Shown here: piece after piece, positions 1 to 12,597 of the stretch
How the letters are laid out: each line of letters begins with the position of its first letter
Position numbering within the stretch: the stretch's first letter is position 1
Assembly: GCA_030141605.1 (NCBI GenBank)
Contig: JAQGDQ010000299.1
Location: forward strand, 137,837-201,836
Length of the DNA: 64,000 nt
Reading direction: 5' to 3'
Origin: Tubiluchus corallicola
Lineage: Eukaryota; Animalia; Priapulida
Position numbers and translations under genes: made by a program
The notes under the pieces: model-generated
The model's database searches: none
Told to the model about the DNA's origin: nothing
What the model saw: the letters and a program-made list of their open reading frames with translations, nothing else

Positions 1-54
1 ATGACAGTAGTAAAAGCAAGAGCAGCAAAGATAAAATATTAATGATAATCTACA

Positions 55-615
55 TTAAGGCAAAACTGGACCAATCCTAAACTGTAGGTCAAACCAATCT
101 ACTCTTTAAAATATTGAAAGGAAACTTACTATTTTTTCAAAAATTATTTACGTGAAAGAATTATTACCACACAAACACAATTTCGCATACATGCCACTAG
201 TTCTTCACTGTTACATGAATCTGCATCTTGCCATTCACTAGTTAGACGGGCACTAGTGCCTGCATTTCGAAAACACGTTGCAGAAAACAGGTGCTGTACC
301 TCTTAGTTCAGATGTGTTCGTTTGAGACGTACTGCGCACATTTGACTGTTCATGTCTTAAAACTTGCCTAGCTTTACTACGACACACTGAATATCTTACA
401 GTAGCACTATACTTCAATTTTCGCTTTCGCAAACACAATCACGGAATGTTTTTGATGATGTCAGCAATAGTTGGGCTTGCCCGCTATTAGTTAAGTTTTT
501 AATCTATTATTTAATTATCAGAAACGCCTTTGCAGTTTTAATTCTGTTAAAATGTATATTTTTACCGGACTTGAGAATGGGGTAGTATATGAAAAATCAC
601 CCTGTCTTTCTGTAA
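55..615. mobile_element. Kolobok/T2-like MITE, family A
   Basis: Colinear with copies at 15670-16287, 23719-24268 and 55190-55768. TTAA at the left end. Confidence 0.75.
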
Positions 616-930
616 AATACATCTAGTTATAAAAGTATTACCTGCCCTTTTTGTTTTCAGTTTAGATCTGGCAAACAAGCATTTCTTGTGTTTAAGATAC
701 TTCGGTTTTCGTTTTATTGGCAGGAGATTATGAAGTGGATGTCCCAAACTATTATTATGTTTTTCTTTATGCTTTAGAATGTGAAATATGACACAATTCT
801 ACGTGTTTTAAATAAGAATTTCATAAAATTATACTTACGTTCTGGATGAGACAAATTTAGATAGAAGTTAGAATGTTGTTGTAACCTGCTTTGTGCAGTG
901 GTTCTTATAGCATTGTACGCTTTCTTTCAG

Positions 931-1019
931 ATATGGCAACTTGAGGGAAACCTTTGTATCCAAGTTTGGTTGTCAACCCGAATTTTTTGCCCGAGCTCCT
1001 GGCAGGGTGAACATAATAG
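931..1019 (+). CDS. GALK2: N-acetylgalactosamine kinase, internal coding exon (first in window)
   Basis: tttctttcAG acceptor and GTactt donor. Translates [30 protein letters not shown], the start of the galactokinase signature GRVN(I/L)IGEH.DY. Confidence 0.93.
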
Positions 1020-1594
1020 GTACTTGATATTAGGTATTTTCTGACCATATTGTTGTTTTTCTGTGTTATTCAGCAAGCAGTAATTGCGAAACAGAATTTC
1101 TTTTATATAATTCGGCACACTGCAAGCCGGAATCCAGTGATTGTTTGATGATGAATTTCGTGGCAGGACCGGTACCTTGCTCGTTATCAATGACAACTCA
1201 CTTAAGATGAGCCACTGCACCAGTAGCGGTGTCTTAACCATACTAGGTTCCACAGTATATATACATCCTTCCTGTGGCCTCTACGAATTAAACCGCCATG
1301 AGTGAGTATGGAATCCAGGAAGTCACAAACCTTTCACTGACCAACCTCAATGAGGCTTGACTTCAATCATGAAGCACTGCGTATGACATTATAAACAATG
1401 CTAGAATGTTTGTAAGTAATGCGTTACAGCATAAAAGGAAACCAACCCATTCACGTGAATAAAGTATCTGAACGACTTTGCTATTTGGCCTTGCACCATT
1501 TTGAACAGCAACAGTATTTTTGTAACTGATAGCTAATTTCGATTACAGCAGTTTCTGTTTTTCTTGCCAGTTTCTGAACCGCATGTATTTTCAG

Positions 1595-1718
1595 GTGAAC
1601 ATATAGATTACTGCGGTTATGGAGTTCTACCTATGGCTCTGGAACAAGATATTGTCATTGTAGCAAGTACTAATGATTCACACTCACTAGAATTGCACAA
1701 TTCAAGCTCAGAATACAG
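1595..1718 (+). CDS. GALK2: N-acetylgalactosamine kinase exon
   Basis: ttttcAG...GTatta. Translates GEHIDYCGYGVLPMALEQDIVIV..., in phase with the previous exon. Confidence 0.95.
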
Positions 1719-3636
1719 GTATTAAAAATGCAAAAGATGCTTGGTGCTTAAATGCATTTAGTGCCTTACTTTAAAATGAATTTATTTATACAGTAAGTTC
1801 TTATTTAATGGTGTTCCATTTGGCGACAATTCGTTCTGATGAAGATAAAATCACTTTTTCATGAAGCGGTAACTTTTGACCTTAGTTTGCATTTAGAGCA
1901 AGGATGTTGTGAAAAATGCTCATTTCTTCAGAAGTTTGTGGGAGAAACATCGGCCTGATTCTTAATTTGTTGATTAGAATTAAACAAATGCGTGGGAATG
2001 TATAGTCTAATTTGTTTTTATAGAAAAAGGTGCATAAAGCTTAAGTTTACGAGTTGTTAATTAAAATGGTTTGCTGCTATTGAAATATATAATTTAGGTT
2101 AATTCTTGACTTTTAATAAAAACCGCATAACTATTTGATTAAAAGAGTGGCCACTCAAATTATAATGTATTGCAATTTACATGATTTGGCGCATTTACAT
2201 TATTACTTTCTATTACGGCAGGACAACCAATCATAGATAATTATTCACTTTCACATAGATAATATAATGAACACAGAGTACCAATCCTAGATATATAACG
2301 AGCAAATCAGCACATAACTATAAAAAAAACTATTGAAAAGAGAAAAAAATAACCTAACGAATTAGGCGGATCATATGACGTTTGCTTGCAGGAATAGCAA
2401 GCGTCAAATGGTCACCTGTACAAGGATGACGAAGGAATTTATAACTTTAGAATGAAGCCCGTATAAATAATTTAAGGTTAAGCTAATTGAACGACTCTAG
2501 GTAGATTTGCAAAGGTTGTAGAAACTGGAATAAACTAGTTTGCAATACTGTAAATGAAAGGTCTAACAGCAGAGTAGAACTCAATCACGGGAATCCGTGA
2601 CAGATGTTACCGAGACTGAAATTACAAACTGAAACCGAACCAAACTCATTTTTACAAACCAACTATTATAAAAACTGAAAAGATTCTGAAATAATTAAAA
2701 TATTGTGTTTTCGCTTGTTTGATTATATTCTCTCTGATACAAGCTTGACTGAAGTAGCTAGGTAAGAAATCCTAACAAAAAAAGTAGAACAATTTTTGTG
2801 GTTAAAGATCGTGAAGTTTCAAAAAAAATTGAGAAAATTTATTTTGTAAATATTTTGTTGCCTATATTTCATAGATTATAAAATTATAATTCAAATTACA
2901 TTTTGATGTTTTGGTTGATTGTGTCTGGAGACCTTAAAGCCGCACAGTCATCAGCTATGAAAGATATGCCACATTGCCGTAATTAGCATGCTACAAATGG
3001 TAGAAAGTTAAATAAACGATATTTGCACTTTGTTTGAACTATTTTAAGCAAAATTTTTCTGCGATTTTTAACATCCAGCAGAAAAAAGATAAGCTGGATG
3101 ACTACTACTAAAACTTCAGAAAAATGCTATAGAAAATTTTTGAAAGTTTCTGCTAGGAAACTTGATCATTTTTGATGAAAACGAAACTCAACCGAAATGC
3201 AATTATAGGCAAACCGAAACATTTTCGTTTCCGTAATGTACGTGATTTACAGAATTTATAATTTAGACATTTTTGTTGTGTTAAATTGCTAGCCAGTTAT
3301 TCACTCAGTTTCACCTATCATATAGGTATCTAAAAATCATGTTTTTGCTATCTCTCATCATTGTTTTTATAGTAGTTATAAATTATTTTTAGAATAACTA
3401 GTAATCTAAATTATTACTTAACTAAATTAAAAAGCGTAATAGATTTTATCACAAGAAATCGAAAAAGGTCTTGCGCATTTTAATGCCACTGAAGCACTTA
3501 ACTGTCTTAGATTTAGAAATATTTTGTATGAGTTATTACAATTGAAGATAAATTACAGGTGGAGGTAAGTAAAGTAAAGGTGAGTAAGGTAAACTTAATT
3601 TGTACAGAGCTTTTGACTATTAATGATTCATTTCAG

Positions 3637-3874
3637 CTCATTTTCTTGTCCGGTCAGTGATTTTACCATCAGCAAGTCCAATCCTCAGTGGTACCACTAT
3701 TTTCTGTGTGGTTTTGGAGGAATCATTGAACACTTCAGTGTTAGTGCTCCACCTGGAATGAACATTTTACTGGATGGAAATATACCTGCAAGTTCCGGTC
3801 TCTCTAGCTCTAGTGCTCTTGTCTGCTGTGCCGCTCTGACGACGCTTTATGCCATCAAGCAAGAACTCACTAAG
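3637..3874 (+). CDS. GALK2: N-acetylgalactosamine kinase exon (ATP-binding GHMP motif)
   Basis: tttcAG...GTatgt. Translates ...PQWYHYFLCGFGGI...GNIPASSGLSSSSALVCCAAL, containing the GHMP motif PxxxGLSSSxA. Confidence 0.95.
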
Positions 3875-3997
3875 GTATGTATAGCAGCTAGGGCTTTTAC
3901 GTTTATAAACTTTGCACCCTCAACTCCTTCAGGACTGCACCATTAAAAATACGTCTTGTAAGACCCATGACTTTTTGCAACTGTATGAGCACAGACA

Positions 3998-4378
3998 CAG
4001 GGCCTATTTCAGCCTAAGCAAGGCCCGGGGAAGTGGAGTGTGTGAGGCCCCCTTGGGGGGGGGTGAAGCGCCGGGGAGCGGGCGCCACCATGGTTGGCGG
4101 CCAGAAAATTTTTGAACTGCTAGAACGCCGGAGAAGCATTTTCGAAGAGAAAATATGGAGTTATAATACAGTTATTAAAGGAAAGAAAAACTGCTTTATT
4201 CTCAAGATCAGTCCTTAATACTTGTCAAATAGTCAAATAAAAAACAACATCTTTGCAATATGTAATACCGTACTCTCACTTCTGTACAAGCCGGTGTTAG
4301 AAATTCCGAAATTAAAAACAGCTGAATATCGGCACCGAACCGCACACGGCAAACGGCACGCATGCGGCAAGAGAGAGG

Positions 4379-4450
<72 letters not shown>

Positions 4451-4566
4451 AAAGGCAGTATGTTTGCATAAAGCAAAAAAAGTTACCTTGACGCGAGGCC
4501 CCCTGGAGGGTGAGGCCCCGGGGAAGTATCCCCACTTCCCCCCCCCCCCCCTTGAAATAGGGCCTG
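3998..4566. mobile_element. hAT-like MITE with perfect 8-bp TSD and internal (GA)n
   Basis: TSD cacagaca (3990-3997, 4567-4574). TIR cagggcctatttca / tgaaatagggcctg. Confidence 0.9.
4371..4450. repeat. (GA)n microsatellite
   Basis: Direct reading. Confidence 0.95.
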
Positions 4567-6315
4567 CACAGACATAACTAAATGATTACAAATTAGGTCC
4601 CGTTCTATTGAGGAGAATCTCGGCTATCCAACTGTGCTATTTGTTTAAACATTAATTGTATAAAATTTAATTTAATTGTATAAAATTAAGAAAAACACGC
4701 CCTCTTCAGGCACTCTTACTTAGCCTATTGAGTAGCTTAGTCTGGTATACACTTGCGTGATCGTACATACTGTTATATTGATCGTCTGCTTACTAAACAA
4801 AAAAACCAGCCGATTAGCCAAGGACAAATTAAGGTCATTTCCTCTTCTAACAGGAATTTCTCTTTAAAAACAGAGTAGACTTGAGACCAAAGTGTATCAG
4901 AATGTTATGTCTGGATAGTTGAAATTTTCTGCATTATCCAATATCACACAAGTAATACTGTAGTTCCAGTGCAAACACTGCAGTTACTGAAAGCTTTTTT
5001 CAATTTATTTGTCAAAAATTGATTTTTGATTTGTCTAAGGTAAGCAAATGCAATTCACATATAATTCTGCATGAAAATCCAGGAGGAGGAGTAGAAACCT
5101 ACAAAAATTATCAAATATAATGTAATTGTTGCTTAGTAATAGCAGTTTTTCATAAACCCATGCAAAATGCAGCAAATGCTTAAGGAGCTAAGCTTGTATA
5201 CTGTATCCACTACCTTGCTATTCTGATTCTGATTGTCTTATCAATCACACAGTTAAAAGAAAGTGACTATCCACTTCGCATGTCCGGTTCATTTTACTGT
5301 TATCACTTAAACTTAGAAAAACATAGCAAAGAAATTTTCAAAAAACTGCCTAGAAACTATAATGTTCATCTATGCTACCGCTGTGCAAAAATTTTTAGGT
5401 GGGGTAGTTAACGCCATTCACTTGAAAATTATGATGTAACTGATGGACTTCGTGACATTGGTAAAGTGCTTCGCTGCTTTCCGTAAGCACACACTGCTTA
5501 AACTAATTCAGACTTCTGCAACTTACCTGCTGTTCATGCAAAAACATCACAAAATTAGCTACCTGATGTTTAATGTATTATACTTTTGATGAAAATTGAC
5601 TGTGTGTGGCTTTAAGAATGACGTCATCGGTGAAAGAATGAACGTTCAAAAGCATGATATGATTGCGATTTCAAAGTGATTTTACTAATTACATAAGATG
5701 CTTATCATATTTTTATCGCAAAATTCTTCTAACATTTTAACATGTTGAGATAAGCCTAATTTTCCAGAAGACTTTGCGTAGACTTTAGTGGTACAGAGTG
5801 GCCTATTGTCAGGCCGGCGGTGGGGCCTTTTAATTTAGCAGTTTCCAGCTTAACAGCAACTCGTCCCATCTGTGTAGGTCCAGACGTCTTATTTGGACTT
5901 AACAGGTCGTAAAGTGGCAGCTGACTTGAATAATGTGCAGGTCACTACAGCCATCACTTGTGACGTAGGTATACCTTTCCACGTTTCCATATACACATAT
6001 TTACCATAATTAATAGTTACAAAAGTGTACTGTATGGTTTATTTGCTTTTTGTGGATATAGAATTATTAGAATGATTATGTAAAAGGAAAGTTAATATGC
6101 TAAACGAAACAAGATTAGGGATATGAAGTTTACTTATTTTAGCCCTCGCCTGCCATTTTTTCATAAAGCATCAGTTTCTATATCCACCATCTTACAAGAA
6201 AATTTGCTGAGTTACTTGTAAGTTTTGATGTACTAAGTTTTGTTTCTGAGTTTTGATTATTGTATACTGTATTATTTACTGTATACTGTAAGTTGAATAC
6301 TGTATTATGTTTTAG

Positions 6316-6414
6316 TTGAAATTGGCAGAACTGTGTGCACGGTGTGAGAAGTATATTGGAACGGAAGGTGGAGGCATGGACCAATCAATATCATTCCTCG
6401 CTCAGCCGGGAACT
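6316..6414 (+). CDS. GALK2: N-acetylgalactosamine kinase exon (catalytic Asp, GGMDQ)
   Basis: ttttAG...GTaggt. Translates [33 protein letters not shown]. Confidence 0.95.
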
Positions 6415-6475
6415 GTAGGTACCATAAGAAATTTTGGAAAGTTTAAATAATGAACAGATGTCGAACAATAACAAT

Positions 6476-8132
6476 CAGGGATGTGCCGATCCCATAAATA
6501 ATCCGACATCGGCAAATAAACTAGCATATCGGAACAAATCAGATATTGGGCCGATATTTTCTAGCATGGCCCTAAAATAAATTTTCACTTTGATTACACC
6601 CGAAGTAATGTTTGATTGAGCTTTTTCTTATCAGCGTCTCATGAATGCGATCATAATAAACACTTACGGTCATTAACCTGAGCAGTTTCTTCAAAAGTTC
6701 TATACCATTTTCTCCATGCTGTTTATGTACTATCCACTTCGCATGTCCGGTTCATTTTACTGTTAGCACTTAAACTTAGAAAAACATAGCAAAGAAATTT
6801 TCAAAAAACTGTGTAGAAACCATAATGTTCATCTATACTACCGCTATGCAAAAATTTTCAGTTGGGTTAGTTGACGCCATTCACTTGAAAATTATGATGT
6901 AACTGGTGGACTTCGTGACTTTGGTAAAGTGCTTTGCGGCTTTCCGTAAGCGCGCACTGCTTAAACTAATCCAGACTTCTGCAGCTTACCTACTGTTCAT
7001 GTAAAAACGTCCCAAAATTTTTAAGTATTGACCGAGTTTAAAAATGAACGAGTTTGACTAAAGCGGGTGTTTCACACGCGTAAAATGCAAATATGCTCAA
7101 CTTCAAACTCTGTGCCTGCGATGTCGTTACTAATCTATCATGTTTCTTTTACGACTGCAATTTTACACGAAGCTAGTTATTATTTCACCGCGAGTTGATT
7201 TTAAGTGCGATTAAAAACCCAGTTGCTATCGGGAGTGAAATATGTTATTGAGTAAATTATAAGTTGCTGACTGTCCCTAATAAAGATAAACTAAAGGTAT
7301 TAATAATAAAACAGTAGCTATAAACACAAAACTAATACACAATTAGTACATTGCAGAAGGGCAAAAATGTCATAATTATAACCGTAAAAGAAGTCAATAA
7401 GTCATTTTATTTTCAAGCTAATGTCATAATTATATTTTATTTTGACTTCCCACAATCACAACATAAACAGCAGTTACTGTTGCCGCTGTTATAACACCAT
7501 CATATCATGACAGGTATGATATTGGAACGGCCAACAGCAATAAATAAAAATTAGTGACGTGTGATTAATAGATTAATAGAATTAATCAAAATTATAGCCG
7601 TGTATAGATCGATATAATTGGCTATTGAACAGTAATTCAGTTAATGGAGATTAATCGAGGGCAAAATATACGGGTTATACGGGTTACACACTGACTAAAA
7701 GATGGTATTTTAGCACAAATAAATGGAATTCTTGCATTTTTTATTCGTTTTTCTCACCTTACACAATGCACACAATTGCAAGCCACAGTGTTGCAAACTG
7801 GGGCTTCTTATTCGTTTTCACGTGACGTGTGTAGTTGACATGGTAATAAAGTAGTTATGTGAATGTACGTGTCTATAAAAATACTTTGCGAGTACGAGTA
7901 CGAATGGCAGACTGCGACAAAAGCCATGAAGAAGTTTATAGGCTATATATTCGTGCTGCAATGTTTGAAAAATATAGCTAAAGCACTAAAAAATTACCAC
8001 AAAAGATTTATCGTGATATCGAATTACAAGAACAAGATTGTAATCGAATTAAAAAATTTCAAAATCGCCTATCACTAGTAAGAATAATCGGTATCAGATC
8101 AAGACACAGATTTGCATATCGTCACATCCCTA
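6476..8132. mobile_element. hAT-like element containing nested elements
   Basis: TIR cagggatgtgccgat / atcgtcacatcccta. Contains a copy of ~5267-5560 at ~6730-7015 and a nested TIR element at 7552-8077. Confidence 0.65.
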
Positions 8133-9133
8133 TGAACAAGCGTAATTATGTTGATGATTATAATGTAATTGCAACAATTTCTGATAGAGGTTCTACTAGC
8201 CTCTGCATTGAATCTCAATCTACGAGGTCATTCCTCGTTATTTATCCAGGTCATTATTGGGCTTCGTTAATCTTGTTAAAGCATCATGAGATAGTGCTGA
8301 TCCACTTGTTGAAACAGTTTTCTTGAATACCCATAGAAACAGTTTTCCTTATATCCTTTAGCTTGCCAGGTTAACAAGTTAACCTGTAGGTTAAGGTATT
8401 TCATTGGAGATAATGAACTATGCTCAAGTGTGTTGTGTAAGATAACACTGCGTAATGCCATAAATTTGTTAAATTTTTGTAAACATCTGTCTGCAAATAG
8501 AGGCATTATCTGAATATTTTTGTATTATGATTTTGCGCAATAAAAATTTATCGTCATTAGGCTGTATACAGTAATTGCAATATAATCAGTAATGCATTTG
8601 GGCAAAGGTTAAACTGATTCAAACTCGGTTAAAGTTATTTATAAATTTAATATAATCGTTTGACACCACACTTTGGTAACTTTAGTTTTCGCCACCCTTT
8701 CACCAATCACTTGAATATCATTAACTCAGATAATTTATTCATTTAATAATCTTGTCACTTTGTATCATATTATCGTTTCATGCTCTGTGTTTTTCTTGTA
8801 AAAAAGGTGTAAATAAAGATACTACTTACTTCTTACTACTTTTTGTTACTTGTCCACTTGCTCGACTGTTAAAGTGTTTTGTAATTCCACAATAAATATG
8901 TCTGTAGATGCAAAATCAATAGTTGTGTTACGAAGAAGTCATGTTATGAGTGTACTATGAATTGCTAGGATTAGAGTTATAATTCTCGGAATGCTGAAAA
9001 TTTGCTTAAAGTCCTTTTCACTGGCACAAAAGATAAGAGTGATTTTTTTTAAGAAGAAAATGGCAAGTACATTTTTGACCTTTGCTATGCTTGTCAATTC
9101 GTGCAGCTGATAAATTTAAATATGTTTTTTTAG

Positions 9134-9286
9134 GCAAAGATGATAGATTTCAATCCAATCCGAGCGTCTGATGTGCGGCTGCCGGAAGGTGCAGTTTTTG
9201 TGATTGCAAACAGTTGTGTGACTTTGAACAAAGCAGCAACTAATCAGTTTAACACAAGAGTAGTGGAATGCAGACTAGCAGCGCAG
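9134..9286 (+). CDS. GALK2: N-acetylgalactosamine kinase exon
   Basis: tttttAG...GTatga. Translates [51 protein letters not shown]. Confidence 0.95.
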
Positions 9287-9314
9287 GTATGACAATCATT
9301 GATTCTACTATCCA

Positions 9315-9615
9315 CAGGTAGCCGTCGACTTACGACTGTCAAACCAACTGCAATTTAATTCATTAATTAATTATACAAAACCTGCCATGACTCATATTTA
9401 CTTCCATTTTTAAAACTAATTAACGTTAAATCTCTATCTGTTTTGATAAATTCATCCTAGGTGCCACCACACTTACTGTGCATAAGCACACAATGTCTTA
9501 CATGTAAGGGTGCACCACTTTAATACACGTTGAATTTACAGGTTCAACTTGTGTCCAATTCGTCTTTTGACCAATATGCTGGAACGTATTGCGATCATAA
9601 ATCGGCGACTACCTA
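9315..9615. mobile_element. Tc1/mariner-like MITE, family E
   Basis: caggtagccgtcgacttacgac / gatcataaatcggcgactacct TIRs. Relatives lie at ~29864-30230 and ~38290-38525. Confidence 0.7.
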
Positions 9616-9675
9616 TAACTTATATTTCTTGAAAGTATATATCTACAGCCAGTAGATAGCATTGAGCTAAATTAA

Positions 9676-10520
9676 AGGACAAGAAATCGCTCATAAATAA
9701 AGCTCAAAAAATTCATCTTGAAATTTTATATCACTTACAAGCTGTTTTGTTGCTTACAGGGCTTGCGTTAGCAGTAACGCTGCATGAAATTTGCAAATTT
9801 AAACTGATTGTTACGTGAAGCCATTTTAACCCTAATCATTTGAGACAAGCTTAGTTAACATTGCGTAAATTTGAAAAAATAAATAGAGCATTCGTAGCAC
9901 AGGCTTAGCTAACTAAGCAGTAGTTTAGATTGCTTTGTATTCTCAATAATACATGAAAGAGCCAGCCTCCAGGAATCAACATGTTTATTGAGTATAGATG
10001 ATTGTTTTGGCTGTCATAGCCATTTTCAATACTATAATTCGATACTTGATTTGTAATATTGAGAATGCCTATGACTGCCGAAACAATCGTCTATGTTCAG
10101 TAAACATGGTGTATTATCAGTAAGATCAATAATGTGTTTTTGGTGAGCCAACGGTGCACACTAGGATACTTCATTTATAATATTAAAACTGCCTATGACT
10201 GCCGAAACGATCTTCTACGTTCAGTAAACATGGTGTGTTGTCAATAAGATAAATGTGTTTTTTGGTGAGCCAATGGTGCACATTAGGATACTTCATTTAT
10301 AATGTTGAGACTGCCTATGACTGCCGAAACGATTGTTTACATTCAGTAAACATATTGTATTGTCAATAAGATTTTACCAATTGGCGCAAATATTTTAAAT
10401 TACAAGAATTTTCTTTTCTAACTGCATAAGTGTTTCAGGTAGCTAAGTGTAATGCTAAATAATACAACTTTATATGGAAAGTTCTTGGGGATATATTTTA
10501 AAATTCCCTTTTTTTCCCTG
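9676..10520. mobile_element. Kolobok-like MITE, family B, carrying an internal ~124-bp tandem array
   Basis: ttaa|aggacaagaaa left end. Colinear with ~30515-30960, which ends ttctcct|ttaa, and with a fragment at ~31275-31395. Confidence 0.7.
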
Positions 10521-12340
10521 TAGCTATAAGAGAAACAATTTTGTGTCTCTTCATTTGCTGTTTTTTTGTGATTCAGACGTGAAACGTTTACACAGAAGAT
10601 ATGTAACTAACAGTGAGCCATTGTGGTGTCATCATTATGCAGGGGTGGATTATCCTATAAGCTAGGGGGCGCCTTGAGCTTTGGTAACACTTGGTAAAAA
10701 CGTCTGTTTTTTTCACTACGATTGTATTGAAATCATTGATAATTTGGTTTACAATAAATAGTAAAAACTTGATAGTGGTATTTCTTAAAGAATAACTTTA
10801 TGGACAAACAAAGGATAAGAAAAGCTTAATTAAGGGATTTGCAACACGTTTACTTCACGCGTGTAAATGCTGCTAAAATACACCACGAGTAAAAAATATT
10901 TGATGTTTGGTGCGGGCAAGTTAGAGGGTAGCTTCGCCTGGGGGGTCCCATAATTTCAAGAGCGTGGGGGTTCTAAAAGGTCATAATCCTGCCTTTCGTA
11001 CAGCTTTTTTCTAAAAACAGTTATTATGCAATGTCTATATAACTATATTATGCAATGCAGGATTATGACCTTTTAGAACCCCCACGCCCTTTCTTTACGC
11101 AATGTTGTGATAGTTGTCTTCTTACTAGGAAGTTTGAAAGTTTAGATTCTTGCTCAATGTACTCATGGTGTTAAACGGCTTATCTAAACCGGCCTTGCTT
11201 TAGCAAATTAATTGAAGAAACTTATTTATTTTATGTGTTGCAAAAATACTAAAATACTCTTTGAGAACAAAACATACATTTTGAATAGCAAACGTGGTAT
11301 CCTGGTCCTGGCAGCCTGTATATAAAACTTTTAGAAGACTTATACTCAAAGTTACTGTAGTTTGTAAAATGTATATATTGTAATTTGTTTTTGAAAATGT
11401 GAAACTGTTTCTGATCTGGACTTTTTTATTTTGGCAAAAGTGTCTAGATCCAAATGTAGATTTCTTAATTTAATTTTCTCTCTGACAGCAAACTAGCAAG
11501 TGTGAACTGCTTTGTGAGTTACTATCGGCAAGTTATGGCAAATTCTCTGACAATTACTGTGAATTAATTTACTGTCTAGTATGAACAACCTTGGTGAGTT
11601 ACTCTCGACACTTCTAGCAGTAAATAGAGAAGTGAGTGTCAGCTCGCACTTACTGTCGGAGAGTAACAGTGTTTGGGTCTTACGGTGACAAATAAAGTCA
11701 TCAAGTACTGCTTAGTATAATATTCTATTGTTCATGCACCGTCATCACAGCACATGCCCCTTCGTCATTTTACTTCACATTTGACATGCATTGAGATGCC
11801 ATTTCCCAAAATTATACATTTTATCTGGAATGAAATGCAAATTCTTTTAATAAACTAATGGATTTCTTATCAAAATGTCAATTACCATTAAGTGAAATTA
11901 ATCCGAGGCTTTCAGTATATGACTAAATAAAATTAAACAAAATATACATACATCTTTGGCATCAAATCGTGAGTTACACAGAAAATATGTCGACACGTCA
12001 TCACAGCTTTGAACACATTGAAACTTGAATGACAGGTATTTAAAACTAGGTCGCTAATATTGAAGCCAGATGTCACCACCGCACAAGTAAGAACAGGTAA
12101 GTTAACTTAATCTAATCAAAACGCACATTTAACTATTATTAATTATATTGTAAGGACAAACTATTTTGGTTATTTAATAAACAAAAATCCTTAACAAACT
12201 GACAGCAAGTTTTGCTATTTAGTCTGAACACATTTTCGAGTTACTTGGCAAGTTAACTTGATCAGAAAAACTCGCTAGTTTGTTAACACTGTTAGTAAGC
12301 TTATTCGAGAATACAGTCTACAGCGGATCACAATTTATAG

Positions 12341-12551
12341 GTTCTTGCCAAGAAAGAGAGAATTCCGTGGCGAGAAATTCGCAAGCTCGGTGATCTACAC
12401 ACTCGGATGGGAAACAGTTTAGCTGACATGGTAAAGCTGGTAAAGTCTCATCTACATCCGGAAGCGTACTCTAAAGATGAAATACGTGCATTGCTACGTG
12501 TGTCTGATGGTGAAATGAATGATACGAGTCTCAGTCAGAATACGCTGGATG
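12341..12551 (+). CDS. GALK2: N-acetylgalactosamine kinase exon
   Basis: tttatAG...GTaagt. Translates VLAKKERIPWREIRKLGDLH...HLHPEAYSKDEI...SLSQNTLD, the insertion found in GALK2/Gal1-type but not GALK1-type kinases. Confidence 0.92.
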
Positions 12552-12597
12552 GTAAGTCTTGTCCGTACTCGCTGGCATGCGATTGAATTGTGGTGCA

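Larger units (their letters stand above)
3924..5187. mobile_element. piggyBac-like MITE (TTAA-type flanks), interrupted by a hAT MITE
   Basis: ctccttcaggactgca ... aaggag termini. An uninterrupted paralogue lies at 22644-23270. Confidence 0.65.

Noticed and set aside
4222-4577. ORFs with ER/LS repeats
   Set aside because: Translations of the (GA)n microsatellite inside a MITE.
2935-5614. Composite transposon capturing a GALK2 exon between inverted ttaaagcc ends
   Set aside because: The ends diverge after ~20 bp. They are more simply separate fragments of abundant TTAA elements on either side of a native exon.
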